A stretch of 64,000 nt of DNA from the human T2T-CHM13v2.0 reference genome, Homo sapiens, in NCBI RefSeq assembly GCF_009914755.1, contig NC_060935.1, one strand, 5' to 3'. The position numbers were made by a program, and so were the translations under genes. The notes under the pieces were generated by a model. The model searched no databases. It was given only the letters and a program-made list of their open reading frames with translations, and had not been told where the DNA came from. Shown here in pieces: positions 1 through 14,254 of this stretch; the first letter of the stretch is position 1; each line of letters opens with the position of its first letter.

Positions 1-552
1 CTAGTATCCATCTCCACAGCGCAATTCCATATAGAACTCAGTACTTGTCAAATGAATTTTATTGCAATAAGCTCTGCAGCACGTGGAGTGTCAAGCTGGT
101 ATCTAAAAGTAAGAGTACAAACAATTGCAAAGTAGGGGTGGCTTTTGAGGAGTACAGAAGAGTCTGCTCTCAGCTTAAAGTATATTGTTTTCATAACTAA
201 AGGCAGGGAGTTATAACCATGTCTACTACAATCACAGAAGACGTTCAACATTTGAAGAAAAAATTCCCTTAGCATTTCCTATGTTATACACACCTATCTA
301 GTGGCTTTATGGATTCTCAGCAAATAAGAATATATCAAAATCATCTGTGGAGCTTGTTAAAAATAGTTGCAGAGAGCCAATCCCCAAGTGAATTAATCAC
401 TGAAAGTGGGGTCAGAGAAACTATTTTTAAAGCTCCTTAGCTATTTCTGATGTGCTCTCCTGTTTAGTAACCAATGAGTTAAGATGTATGCATACAAATA
501 TAATTTATTTTGGCAAGGTAAGAAGTCTCTGTGGCATTCAAACCAAACTTTA

Positions 553-1062
<510 letters not shown>

Positions 1063-1173
1063 TTACATACCAGAACCAGGCTCTTCTTTTACTGGTGTTA
1101 TTATTAATATTATTATAATTTTTTTTATTATTAGGTAAATTGCTAGTGTCTTTTTTTGTAAGTTATCTTTTAA

Positions 1174-1529
<356 letters not shown>

Positions 1530-1905
1530 ATTTTTGGTTTTATTTAATAGAGCCATGAGTTTAAATAATCACTCTGCCAGATGTAATCTGTTGTTTCTCC
1601 ATAAACATTCCTTCCTCTACGCCATAGAGGCTGAAAATTTGGAAACTACATTACTCAGAATTGCTTGCAAGTAGAGTTGTAGGAAGTTTCTGCCAATAAG
1701 GGATCCTCCTGTGAAAATCGGAACGAGGAAGAGAAGATGGAGTCAGTCCCTTCCGACAGTAGATGCAGACAATCCTGAGGGTGTCAGATGTGTATTTTGC
1801 TGGAGGCTTCCAGGGGTCCTCCTGAGGATCACCCACTTACCTGCAATTTTTGTACTTTAGGATTCCTGAAAGCCTGGAATGGCCTCGCTGACTTTTGCTC
1901 CCTGG

Positions 1906-1907
<2 letters not shown>

Positions 1908-1936
<29 letters not shown>

Positions 1937-2215
1937 GACTGAGTCTCGCTCTGCCACCCAGGCTGGAGTCCGGTGGCGGCGATCTCGGCTCACTGCAAGC
2001 TCCGCCTCCCGGGTTCACACCATTCTCCCGCCTCAGCCTCTGGAGTAGCTGGGACTATAGGCGCCCACCACCAAGCCGGCTAATTTTTTGTATTTTTAGT
2101 AGAGATGGGGTTTCACCGTGTTAGCCAGGATGGTCTCGATCTCCTGACCTCGTGATCCCCCCGCCTCGGCCTCCCAAAGTGCTGGGATTACAGGCATGAG
2201 CCACCGTGCCCGGCC
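1908..2215 (-). mobile_element. AluY
   Basis: CTGCAAGCTCCGCCTCCCGGGTTCAC and GTGTTAGCCAGGATGGTCTCGATCTCC diagnostics; CpG-rich; about 29-nt T tail. Confidence 0.95.
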
Positions 2216-2222
2216 TCTAGCA

Positions 2223-2363
2223 TTTTTTTTTTTTAAAGAAATAGGGTCTCACTATGTTGCCCAGGCTGGACTCCAATTCCTGGGTTCCAATGATCCTACT
2301 CCCTCAGCCTTCCAAGTTGCTGGGATACAACTTGGGCTACAGGTGTGCACCACTGCACCCAGC
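2223..2363 (-). mobile_element. Alu monomer (FLAM/AluJ-like)
   Basis: T tail then ATAGGGTCTCACTATGTTGCCCAGGCTGG through CACTGCACCCAGC, single arm. Confidence 0.85.
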
Positions 2364-2687
2364 TCTCTAGTCTTTTTAGTGGTAGTGTAACCTTCTAATT
2401 CCCTTTAGTAAATAGTTTTCTATTCAAAATACTTAATGTGGCTTCTGTTGTCCTGACTGGATTCTGACTGTCACATCCTTTCAAATAGTGGTTTTTAAAC
2501 TTCAGTGTACATAAAAGTAACTTGGAGGGCTACGAAAAATTCAGATTCAGTAGTCCTGGAATAAGCCCAGAAAGCTGTGTTTTCATCAAGAATTCCAGGG
2601 GCCTGTGTCTACCTTGAGAGACACTGCTTTAATATACAGGTGAGGACCCCTGAGCCCCATGGACTCAACCACTCTTATTGAAGAATA

Positions 2688-2794
2688 TTTGATGACCAGA
2701 TCAATCATTCCAGCCAAGCAGCACCCTTTGCTACCTAGTTTATTCCACATAGGAAGGGTGCTGCTTGCCTGGAATGATTGATCTGGGCATCAAA
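2688..2794. repeat. Inverted repeat: 41-bp arms, 25-nt spacer
   Basis: 2688-2728 TTTGATGACCAGATCAATCATTCCAGCCAAGCAGCACCCTT is the reverse complement of 2754-2794 at 39/41 positions. Confidence 0.95.
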
Positions 2795-2840
2795 CAAACC
2801 AAATTTATTCCTATATGGAAGTGCATTCATTATAGTCTTA

Positions 2841-3154
<314 letters not shown>

Positions 3155-4594
3155 TGCTCACTCACCAGAAACAGAAAATCTCTGGGAAATCACTTATCTA
3201 TGAGGTGCACTAGAGTTTAAAGAGGAAGAGGACAGGATTGGACCCAGGGCCAAGTCCTGGCTCTGCCATTTACTGATACATGACATTAAGCAGATCGCTT
3301 CACCCATCTGAGCTTCAAATTACTTATCTGTAAATGCCTCCCTCAGAGAGCTGATCCTCACAGACATAATGGTATTAATGTTTACCTTTCCAATTAACAC
3401 CCTGAAGTCCATAAAGGCAGGAACTATATCTGATATATTCATTGTTTTCTCATCACTCACCCTGTGTTCAACACATAATTATTGAGCACCCAATACATGA
3501 CAGGCTGTCTCTACACTAGATCTAAACAAGGACAAATGTGCTTAACTTAACATTTAGAAGAGTCAATGCCCACAACATTTTGTTCAGCAGCAGCAACAGC
3601 TAAGATAAGTGTCTTGCTTGTAAATGGCAGGTATATTAGCAAATCGTAAAGGGCAAACAAGAGCAGGTTAAAAGTAATACTTCATACAATAATAGTGGCA
3701 GCACTAGCAAAGGAGCGGAAGTGAATGATGGGAAAGAAGTAGTTAAATCCTTACATTTGAGCTGACCTACCTGCTCAGCAGAAGCTGTGCAGGGAACACA
3801 GTCCTTGGAGCAAGAGTGGCAGAAAGTGATCTCACTGCCACTCAATGGTAGGGAGACTTTCTGATTTGGAGTTTTCATTTTTCATTTTCAATCTTGTGAA
3901 ATGCTTCCCAGGTCAGACTTCTAGCACCTGTGTGGTAAAACCCTGGATACCCATTAACTTCCCAGCATGAAACACAGCAGCTGTTTACAGCCCTTCTGGT
4001 CCCCAGGGTGAATGGTTGTTGTACTTGGTAACAGGCGTCTGATCTCACCTGAGCTCCATAGATGCAGGAGGACAGAAGACACCTTCACATCTCCCTGCAT
4101 GTGTGAGCAGACACAAGGGAGATGGCAGAGAGCTTCACTCTGTACCTTCATACATTTAAAGTGACCAGACTGGACCTTGGGAAATAGTTGAGCATAATTC
4201 ATCTCTGACAACCCAGACATCCCTATGCTCATTCTCATACAATCAATTGCAATATGTTTCCCCAGCACACAAATACCCAGCATGATCTTATTCCTGACTC
4301 ACAGAGTTCTACATTTTCTGTTGAGTTACTTATCAATCTTTTCAGTTTCATGAATATACAATATACATTGAATACTAAATTCCAGGGAACTGTTGAGCAC
4401 CTTGCATGCATTATCCTATTAACTCTTCACCAGAATATTATGAGGTAGATAGAGATGGAAACCTAACATGCACAGAAAGAAAGAAAACTGCAGCCTTTGC
4501 TCTGTTGGACTTCAGAGCACATGCTCTTCACCACTCTACTATACTACCTGCTCATATGTATCTGTGAAAAGGAAAATGTTACATTGAGGCAGAG

Positions 4595-4818
4595 CAGCTG
4601 TTCGCAAACATTTTCTGTAAAGATTCAGATAGTAAATATTTTAGACTTTGCTCACCGTAAGGTCTATGCGCTGACTACCCAGCTCTGCTGTTGTGGAGTG
4701 AAAGCAGCCACAGGCGATAGGTAAACAAGTGGGTATGACTGTGTTCCAATAAAACTTTATTTACAAAAAGAGGCAGTGTGATAAATTTAGCCTGTGGATT
4801 ATAGTTGCCAGTCATTGA
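4595..4818 (+). mobile_element. MER58A-like hAT-Charlie DNA transposon
   Basis: AAACATTTTCTGTAAAG..CAGATAGTAAATATTTTAG and TGTGTTCCAATAAAACTTTATTTACAAAAA hallmarks. Confidence 0.8.
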
Positions 4819-7469
4819 GTTACAGGAATGTCAAGCCAAAGAAATAAAGCCTATCAGACTCAGCATAGAGGTGAACTTGCCTCAGTTGTTTCTGTGGGAA
4901 AACCCCTAGAGGAGACCGTGTCTGCAACTCTTCTCTAGCCACTGTCTACCCAACCCCTCTCCTACTCTCCTGAGCAGGGCATGACTGAAATGAGCCTCCT
5001 GAAGTTTCTGTGCATCTATCATTGAGAAAAAGAGGGAATACAGATGCATCAGTTTCTCTCACTTTCAGGCCTCTGTGTCATAACACAGTGCCCCACACAC
5101 TGCCATTCATTACTCTTCTTGTGCAATGCTCTCTGTGCTTTTCACCTTGTGAACCCAAGCCAGGCTACCCTTCTCCTCCCTGTATCCCTCCTCTCTGTAT
5201 CACTTGGAGGAAGGCTAGTGACACTATCAATATAAAACAAGACAGGAAGAACAACTGAAACATTAAAACATGGTCTACTGGTAAAAGTAATAATATTTAG
5301 TAAATGTGTATATATACCATTTACCACTTATGCATAATGACCATGAAGCACAATAACAATTATGAATATTGATTAGGAGATAAGAACTTTGTCATAAGTT
5401 GTATTTGATTACAACAATGAGCTGTTTTCAGGCTCTCAGCTTTCACAGTTTGTTGCACATGAAACATGAGTGTGTCTGCTCACAATTAAGTATCATGATA
5501 CAGAGCATCAGTTGCCATCTCTAGCTTTTTCTTGTGTATTTTAGATAATCCATATAATATCTACATTAATAAAATAGCAAATCTTCTGGCTATAAGGCAA
5601 CACATTGTATTATGAGTGGAACACTAGACTTGGAGTTAGAATATTAATTGCAAACTATATCAATGTGTCGGGCACAGTACTAAGCAGATTGTGTTAATTA
5701 TCTCTTATTAACATCAGCAACCTCATGATATAAGTGCTATTCTTATCTCCATATTGCTTATGAAGAAACTGAGGCTTGCCTTAAGAATAAGTTTTTTTTC
5801 TCTGTTGCTTCTGTGACAGTGCAGAGTTTTGTTGTCACCTCTCCACAAGAAAAATTATTATACCTTCAGGAACCAACAAACAATTTTTAAAATTTCCATG
5901 CCTTGGATTCTAAGATGAGGGCCGTACATAAACCACATAGGGCTTCCTCTGTGAACATCAAATCACCTCTAATTCTGATGTCAACCAAGTATGAGAAAGC
6001 TGAATGATCAGAGTGGGTCAGCATGCTAAACACTAACATTTTCTTTCAAGGCCATGGGAACAAGAAAGAAAGCAGTCAGAGGCAAAGGATTAGATGCACA
6101 CATGGCAAGGTGAGTAGATCTTAAAAGCAGCATGTTAATTTAAAAAAAAACAAGAAGGCTGAAATATTTGACATCATACTGTTTGCATAATTTAAAAGTA
6201 CATGCACATAAAACAGCAATGCACATTTTGTAAGACATACACATAATACAAAGAAGGAATTAAACAAGAATGACTGCTATAGTGAAGGGAGGGGAATGGG
6301 AGGAGGGAATAGAGACAAACACAAATAAATAAATAAATAAAACAGCAGAGGCCTTGCCAGGAATGATGAGAATCATGTACCGAGAACTGAGAAGTGTCAT
6401 AATCCAATCCAGTGAAACTAAGGTCCAAGAAAGAAAATAGGAAAAAAGAAGAAGAAATACTCTCTGTCCAAAGGATGACCAAACAATAAAATGATGATGA
6501 TGAAGGGACCCATGCAGAAAAGGTAGGGACAGATCTAGTCTGAATCAGCTGCATTCCCAAAACAATACAATCTAGACTTCTAGAAAATAAAGGAAGTCAG
6601 TAATGTAGCCTTGATAAAACAAAGGCACAGCCATCGGCAATGCAAAATTACTCTTATTGAGCAATGATCCTGGCCCAGCAATATTTTCTCAGGGATAAAC
6701 CGACAGCTCAGTAATAGATTGAAAAGACATAGCCATTAATATATCCACTGTACTAATCCATTTCTTAAATTAACATTGTATAAAATTAAATGTCACACAA
6801 ACAAGATATACTTGTTCATTAAATATAGCTGAAGAGAAGGAAAGGGTAGTGATCTCTGAAGCTAAATGAGTGTCCTTAATTAGGCCAGACATATTGAGCA
6901 TCTTTGTGGCATTGGATAATGCAAATGGGAGTAAATTTGTGTCATGTCCCAGTCAGATATGAAAAAAAAAAGGTTAGATCATGGCATAAGAGGAGTCTTT
7001 GCTTCCTCTCAATTTTCCAAACATCACATGTTTGATCATCTCTAGATGAGCCACAAGCTGTATTAAAAGCCAAAGACGACTTAATGTAGAAGGGAGAGAG
7101 AGAGAGAAAGGGAGAGGGAATTTTGAGGGAATTTGTCTATTTTAAAATGTATGTGTGACAGCCTACTCTCAAAGTGAAGAACCCTACTATTGCTGTTACC
7201 ACCTACAACTCACCACTGGGAATATCAGTGTGACAACAACTGTTTCATAAGAACTGCTCAAATACACAAGAGATACACCTACATCTGATGGACTCCCTGC
7301 ATGAAAATTCTGAACAGGTGTTAATATTGACAATTGCGAGAATGACGCTGGATTTCTAGAAACTAAAACCCAAATACCTATAATATCTATTATTCCAGTA
7401 ACTGGTGCAAGACTTGATTTCTGATCACCATCATCTGTTCTATCCATGAGACCAAGGCAAAGAGCGGTG

Positions 7470-7710
7470 TGTCAGCATGGTGTGGCACAGGGGTAAATAA
7501 TACCACTTTAATGAAAGACAAACCTAGAGTTGAATTCTAACTTTGCCACTTTACTTATGGTGTGATCTTGGGCAAATTTTATCTTCTCTAACCCTTGATT
7601 CCTTTATGTGAAAAGTGGGAGAAACAATAGGATTGCTTAGAGCATACATACAAACATTTAGCACAGATTGTTAGACACAGTTAAGTACCTAGTAAATATT
7701 AGTTATTACT
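7470..7710. mobile_element. MIR SINE
   Basis: GTTGAATTCTAACTTTGCCACT..TGTGATCTTGGGCAA core and TAGTAAATATTAGTTATTA end. Confidence 0.65.
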
Positions 7711-8249
7711 AAAATTAACCTGCAAGTAGACCTTAAAGGAATCAGCCGAATATCTCACCTATTGATAATTTACTGCACACCACGCACAGTGCTAGGCACT
7801 GAAAATACAAAGGTGGGCACACCACAGATCCTATCTTTAAGTTTCTTAGCTCTTTGCATTACTGCTACTAACACCAACCAGTAACTCTATTAAATTCTAA
7901 ATTCTCACTAGTAAGAAATCAATGTGCTTAAAAGAAAAGACTTTTGTTTTCTGTTCCAGACTCCACAGTACCAATTTGCTAGTGAAGAAAGCATAAGTTT
8001 GAAAATGAGAAAAGCAGAAAGCAATCAAAAATAAAGGGGGCACAATTATTTTAAGAAAGCAAGAATTTGTAACTCTCAAGTTATCACTGACTGAGTGCTT
8101 ACTGTATGCCAGGCATCAACTTTGCACTGAATCTTCCTTTTCACCCTGTAACGTGGGTATTGCATGATCCATGTTTCTGAGAAAAGTAGGACAATTGAGA
8201 CTTTTGGCATTTGAGAATATGCCCAAAGACATATAGGAAATACCTGGTG

Positions 8250-8312
8250 GAACAAGGATTTAAACCTCTGATTCCAGAGATAGAACAGGGATTTAAACCC
8301 CTGATTCCAGAG
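8250..8312 (+). repeat. Tandem duplication, 33-bp period, 2 copies
   Basis: GAACAAGGATTTAAACCTCTGATTCCAGAG / GAACAGGGATTTAAACCCCTGATTCCAGAG. Confidence 0.9.
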
Positions 8313-9008
8313 GCATGCTCCCTTCTTTATACAGTAAGATACTGTAGGATATTTATAATTTTGGAGCTGGCAGGAAGTTAGATATTATCTAATCCAAACT
8401 CCTCATGATATAGGAGTAAACAGACCAAGAAATGCAAAGTGACATGCCCAGTATCACCCAACTATTCAATCCCAGGACGAGTATTCAAACCTGGCCTCCC
8501 TGATTTCCAGTCAGGGCTCTTTTGTTATGCCACCACTGGGTCCCAGTCCTTAATCAAGTCTAAGGAAGCATGGTAAATAGGCCTGTAGGATGAGAACAGA
8601 TATTCAACTCAAGTTTCCACTCACAAGAGATTCTCTGTATTACCAAAACACAAGCTTTGCATGGAACTGAACAATCGCACTTCCATGCCCCAGATGAAGT
8701 GAATGAAAGAAAGAAAAGGCAGGGCTGATATGCCTTCTCAGAATAGATCATCATGTCAGCCCTCATTATCTTACAGTACTCATTTATTCATGTGCTGTTT
8801 CTACACTTAGTACCCTTCAAAAGGCATTTGATGGAAAGATGGGTTATAGGATCCCTGATGCCCTGTGCTCTTCCTTGCCAGCCACAGTAGCGGACACCAG
8901 GGTAACAAACGCAAATGCTTTTATGAGACAGGCAGGTGACACAAATGAGTGATGTGGACTGGGTGCAAGGCAGTAAAATATGGTGAGAGCTTTGCCATTT
9001 TGGAGTGT

Positions 9009-9092
9009 GTGTGTTTCATATCCCATAAAGAGATAAGCTGTTATCCAGTTGTGTGTTTCATATCATGTAAAGAGATAAACTGTTATTCAGTT
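9009..9092 (+). repeat. Tandem duplication, 42-bp unit, 2 copies
   Basis: GTGTGTTTCATATCCCATAAAGAGATAAGCTGTTATCCAGTT / GTGTGTTTCATATCATGTAAAGAGATAAACTGTTATTCAGTT. Confidence 0.9.
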
Positions 9093-9799
9093 CTTGCCCA
9101 CTATTCCCATGGGGACACACAGCCTATGTTGCTGAATTTTCCAGTATTTAAAGAAACCATGTAAACATGTAATTTTATGTAAAATTTTTCCAAATTTTCA
9201 AACATATTGTCAGGCTAAATCTGGCTTGTAGGTTACCAACTTTTGACTCTGGTGTATGGATTCTGAGCTTTCATACCTTCCAAAAGTGAGACTTTCTTGC
9301 TCTTCCCAGGCAACATGTTTTCCTATGGATTTTTTTGAATATTTGTATATGTATTTCTATATGTCTCTCCTGTTAGATATAATCTCCTTGAAAATAGAGT
9401 TATTTTTTTTTTAATTTCAAGTTTCTGGTACATAGTTGGTGAAGAGAATTTAAAGAGAAAAAAAAAGATAATCTTCCCTGAAAGAGGAAGCTATCTGTGT
9501 TCATTAAACCAGTCAACAAATATTTCTTGAATACTTTTCATCATAGCCAGAAATTGTGCTAGCTGCTTAGGACTGTGACTGTAAAAAATGATGATACATT
9601 CTGAAATTCCCCAGATCTTTTAAGGCTGGGAGAGGTTTTCTAGCCTGTACAGCACTTACTTGTACATCTTCTATTATTTAGCAGTTTTTCAGTATTCACA
9701 GCTTTGGGAAAAAAATTACTGGTTTACCTGTGTTTGTTAAAGATACATATATTAATCAGCACTCTCAGTTCATAGCAGCAGCAGAATACTCAAACTACT

Positions 9800-10057
9800 A
9801 AGAAGGAAGTAAGAGAGAGAGGAGGAGGAGAAGGAGAGAAAAAGAAGAGAAGAAAGAAAGAAAAGAAAAGGAAGGAAGGGAAGGGAAGGGGAAAGGAAAA
9901 GAAAGGAAAGGAAGAAAGAGGGAAGGAAGGAGGGAAGGAGAGAGAGAAAGAAAGAGAGAAAGAGAAAGAAAGAGAGAGAGAGAAAGAAAAGAAAGAAAGA
10001 GAAAGAAAGAAGAAAGAAAGAAAGGAAGGAAGAAAAGGGAGGAAGGGAGGGAGGGAA
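9800..10057 (+). repeat. Polypurine compound microsatellite (GAAA/GGAA/GA)n
   Basis: About 258 nt of A/G with a single T. Confidence 0.95.
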
Positions 10058-11155
10058 TCAAAGAAAATGTTTGTTCATATAACCAAAAGATGTGGGGCTA
10101 GAACTTGTGGTTTCAAGCACAGCAGGACTCATAGACTCAAGTACAGTACATCATCAGGGATCAATTCTTAGGCTTTAGCCATGTATACAAATATTAAGAT
10201 CACTAGCAGTGCAAGACTCACACCCTAGCACTAAGCAACATCAGGGGAAAAAAGAATATCTCCAATAGCACTGGTGGAAAAGCCCAGGGAAGATTCTTAT
10301 TGATCCAGGTTGGTCAAGTAAACCATCCATGAACCAAGAGTCATAGAAAAGAAGGATTCTGTTAACATAATAGAAAAGAGAGAAGCAAAAACAGGAGATG
10401 TGCCTTGTTTGGAATAAACCAAAAGCTATCAAAGAAAAATGGCATTGTCTTTCTGACTACCCATAGGAAATGGATCTGAACCAGGAGCAATTTGGCTTAA
10501 GTCAAAATTTTTGCTGTATTAAATCAGCAAGAAGGAAATACAGATTATTTTTGTTTGCTCAGTATGTAATGGTTACATTTGATTCCAACATAGTATCAAG
10601 TTCTACTTTTAATTCTACCCTATAATCTCTCAAAGATGCTTATTTTTAGGATGCTTAAAATCAGTGGCAGAGTTTGGTGGTGGTGTTCAGTAGTCAGATA
10701 CATTTGAGGAACTTTGGGTTACACCAACTAGATAGATTTCTTAACTGAAGAACTTTGTACAGACTGAATTATGCTAATGTGCATCATGAATATCCAAATG
10801 TGGTGACTAAAGTATGCTTTAGGTCCTGAATTAATTTGACCATGGAACACTTTAGTTCACAGAGAATCTTGTAGGCCTGGGGTTCTATGAGAGACATAAT
10901 CCTCTGACCCACAATGAGATGGAAGTAATCAGTTTTTTTCTGGGCATTTAAAACCTGCTGCTTGGTGGTATGAAAACAGCATAGATTTTCACATCAGTGC
11001 TGTGTTTAAATCTCACTTTATTACCTTTATCCTAGATCAAATTACTTAAACCTCTCTGAAACTCAGTTTCTTTATATATATAAAATTATATGTTAAAGAT
11101 AACTTGGCAAAAGAGTCTAGGACGATACCTAGTCATTTTTTTCTAGTTTCATTTC

Positions 11156-11570
11156 TTAAATTTTTATTTTAATTAATAATTGCATATATTTATGGCATCT
11201 GATGTTTTGATATATGTATACATTGTAGAATGATTAAATCCTGCTAATTAACGTATTCAACATCTCACCTACTCTTTGTGGTGAGAACACTTAAACTCTA
11301 GTCTTTTAGCAATCTTGAAATATATATTATTAACTGTGATCACCATGTGACATAATAGATCACTAAAACCTATTTGTCCTCATGAAACTCTGGACACTTT
11401 GGCTAACATCTCCCATTTCCCCATCTACCCATGCTCCTAACCTCTGGTACCCATCATTCTACTCTCTACTTCTATGAGTTAAATTTTTTTAAATTCCACA
11501 TATGAGTGAGATCATGTCTGTACCTGGCTCATTTTACTTAGTATGATGTCCAGGTTCATCTATGTTGTTG
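11156..11570 (-). mobile_element. L1 3' end fragment (L1MA-like)
   Basis: CCATCATTCTACTCTCTACTTCTATGAGTT..TTCCACATATGAGTGAGATCATG, typical antisense L1M 3' UTR. Confidence 0.8.
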
Positions 11571-11647
11571 ACCTAGGACTGATGCAAACTTTAATTTAGC
11601 AAACAATGGTAATCCTGCAATTAGCACTATGTTCCTGTTTCCCAGTG

Positions 11648-11800
11648 TTTTGTTTTTTTAGTAACAGGGTGTCTCTCTGTCACCCAGGCTGGAGTGCATG
11701 GCATAATCATAGTTCCCTGGAGCCTTGACCTCCTGGGTTCACAGGATCCTCCCTCCTCAGCCTTCTAAGTGCTGGGATTACAGGTATGAGCCTAGCCCTA
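11648..11800 (-). mobile_element. Old Alu monomer (AluJ/FRAM/FLAM-like)
   Basis: CTCTGTCACCCAGGCTGGAGTGCA..GTGCTGGGATTACAGG. Confidence 0.8.
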
Positions 11801-13937
11801 CTTCCCAGTATTAATGCAAGTCTTAGTCAGAAGAGCCTACTAATACAGATTCAGATAAAGGTTAGAGGAGATAAAAGGTGAAATGCCTTTAGCGAATTAA
11901 AGTAGTCTGAACTAATTAAAAAAAAAAAAAGGGGGCATCTGAGCCAGGTATAGTGAGGCCAAGTTCAGGAGCTGGTCTCAGAGCCAGGTTTGGATGATCT
12001 GGATTACCTTGTGCAAGCTACTTAAGTCCTATAAGGCCCCATTTCCTGGAATATAAAATGGGGATAATTATGCCACTTCAGGTGGTTGTTTTAAAGATAA
12101 TGCACCTAATTCATTTGCTTACTGAGCTTGATATATGATAATCATTCGATATCAATATCAGTCAAGCCTAGTGACTAGTTGTATCTGGATACCATAGAAA
12201 TCAATCCCAAAACTGCAGAGGCTGGATACAAATATGACTTATTTCTTTCTCATACTACATGCCTGTATCAGGTCAGCAGGAGAGCTGTGCTTACCATTGT
12301 CACTCAGCCACACAGGCTGATGGAACAAACGCCAACTCAAATGTTGCCACCCATGATAGCAAAGGGAAAGAGCTCTCTGGCAGGTCTCCAATCAACAACT
12401 CAGTAACAGGCCTGGAAGTGACATATGACACTAGAGCTTCCCACTCAATGACCAGGACTAATCATATGGCCTCGCTCAACCACAGAGGGGTCAGGAAGTG
12501 CAACCCTCGTTGCATCCAGAAGGAGAAGATATGGAAATATTTTCTGAATGGCACCATTACCCACATGCTAGCTTCTATGACCCAAGCTTGCACTCAATAG
12601 GCACCTCATGAGTATTTGGTGATTTGTTTAAAATGACCAGCAGGGGAGGGAGAGCAAGCTTATGCAATCATAGTCAGCAGAATCAAAAAGACCCACTATA
12701 AAGAGAAAACTATAAAAGCAACAGCAACAGCAACAGTGAGCCTGGATACAGTATGGCAATTAAAATAGGTATGTCAAAAGCTATTGAATCTCAGTTTTGT
12801 TACCTTTATCCTGGGTCAAAACTTCTCTGAACCATAGTTTCTTCATCTATTAAAAAAATGAGCCATCCTGGATTATAATATATTGTATGTCAAAGAGCCT
12901 AGGACAATATCCAGCTTACAGAACATACTTGTTAATGCTAGTTTCATTTCATTCATTTCATTAAACTGATCTAGGCAATATATACATTTCTACCAAATGT
13001 AGCAAACTCCTTCACAAAGTCTGCACAAAACTCCAATAGTGACTTCTCTGATTTTGAATATCCTATTTCCTTGATAACAGCATATTTAGATGACTTTAGA
13101 AAAAAGAAAAAGGAATGATATCTGCAATTCACAATAAATCTTCAACTAAATTATTCGTGCTATTTGTTTATAAACAGCACAACCAGTCAACCATGACATT
13201 TAAATTGGGAAATCAATTTTCCTGCAAAAATATTTCAGGTTACATGGAGTTGTCTTGGAGAATCTGATGACTGCAATGATGAATTGTTTTATATCATTCA
13301 CATAAAGAGAGCATTACAGAAGGACTAATACAGAAACAATCCTGAATTCCAGGACAGGAAGGCATGAAGAAATTGTCTGGCTTCTGTTGGGAAGGGTCCC
13401 CAGATTTCTTTCACTCCTCCACAGTTATTCCCAAACCCCAACGGAATATGCTAGGAAAATACAGAATTGCTGCAGAAATGTACTCAAATATATAAATTAA
13501 AATTAATTCAAGCCACAGATTCCTACTGATCTCACAGTTTTAACATTTTTAGAAATTTATCTGTCATAAATTCATCTTCAAGGAAGTCATTACTCAAAAC
13601 TAAGCTGTAAAGAAATGAACCAAATTGTAGTCATTTTTTAAAAATTGTTATTATTTTGGCAGAGACTAATGATTGTTTGTTCAACTTCTATTCTCCTCTC
13701 TTTCCTTCTAACAGAATAAGAAATTGTATTCTGGCCTCTTCCTAGCTCCTTGTGGTCATAAGCTTCAAGGGCAGCTGACTCCATCTTTAGTTGTAAATGG
13801 TGAATCTTCTTTGGTCAAAGTCAAACCTGCTTAACTAAAATCAGTGTAGGAATGAGGACGTGACATAATTCTGGCCAAGATATGAGAAGTCCACTACTGA
13901 CCTTCTAAAGCAACCCCAGAAGAGGAAATTTTATTCT

Positions 13938-14254
<317 letters not shown>

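Larger units (their letters stand above)
1582..2475. mobile_element. Old ERVL-class LTR (LTR33/LTR16-like) interrupted by Alus
   Basis: TG start, CA end (CTGACTGGATTCTGACTGTCACA) and internal similarity from memory; family uncertain. Confidence 0.4.

Noticed and set aside
9798-10061. 87-aa S/L/F/P-rich ORF
   Set aside because: Translation of the polypyrimidine strand of a microsatellite
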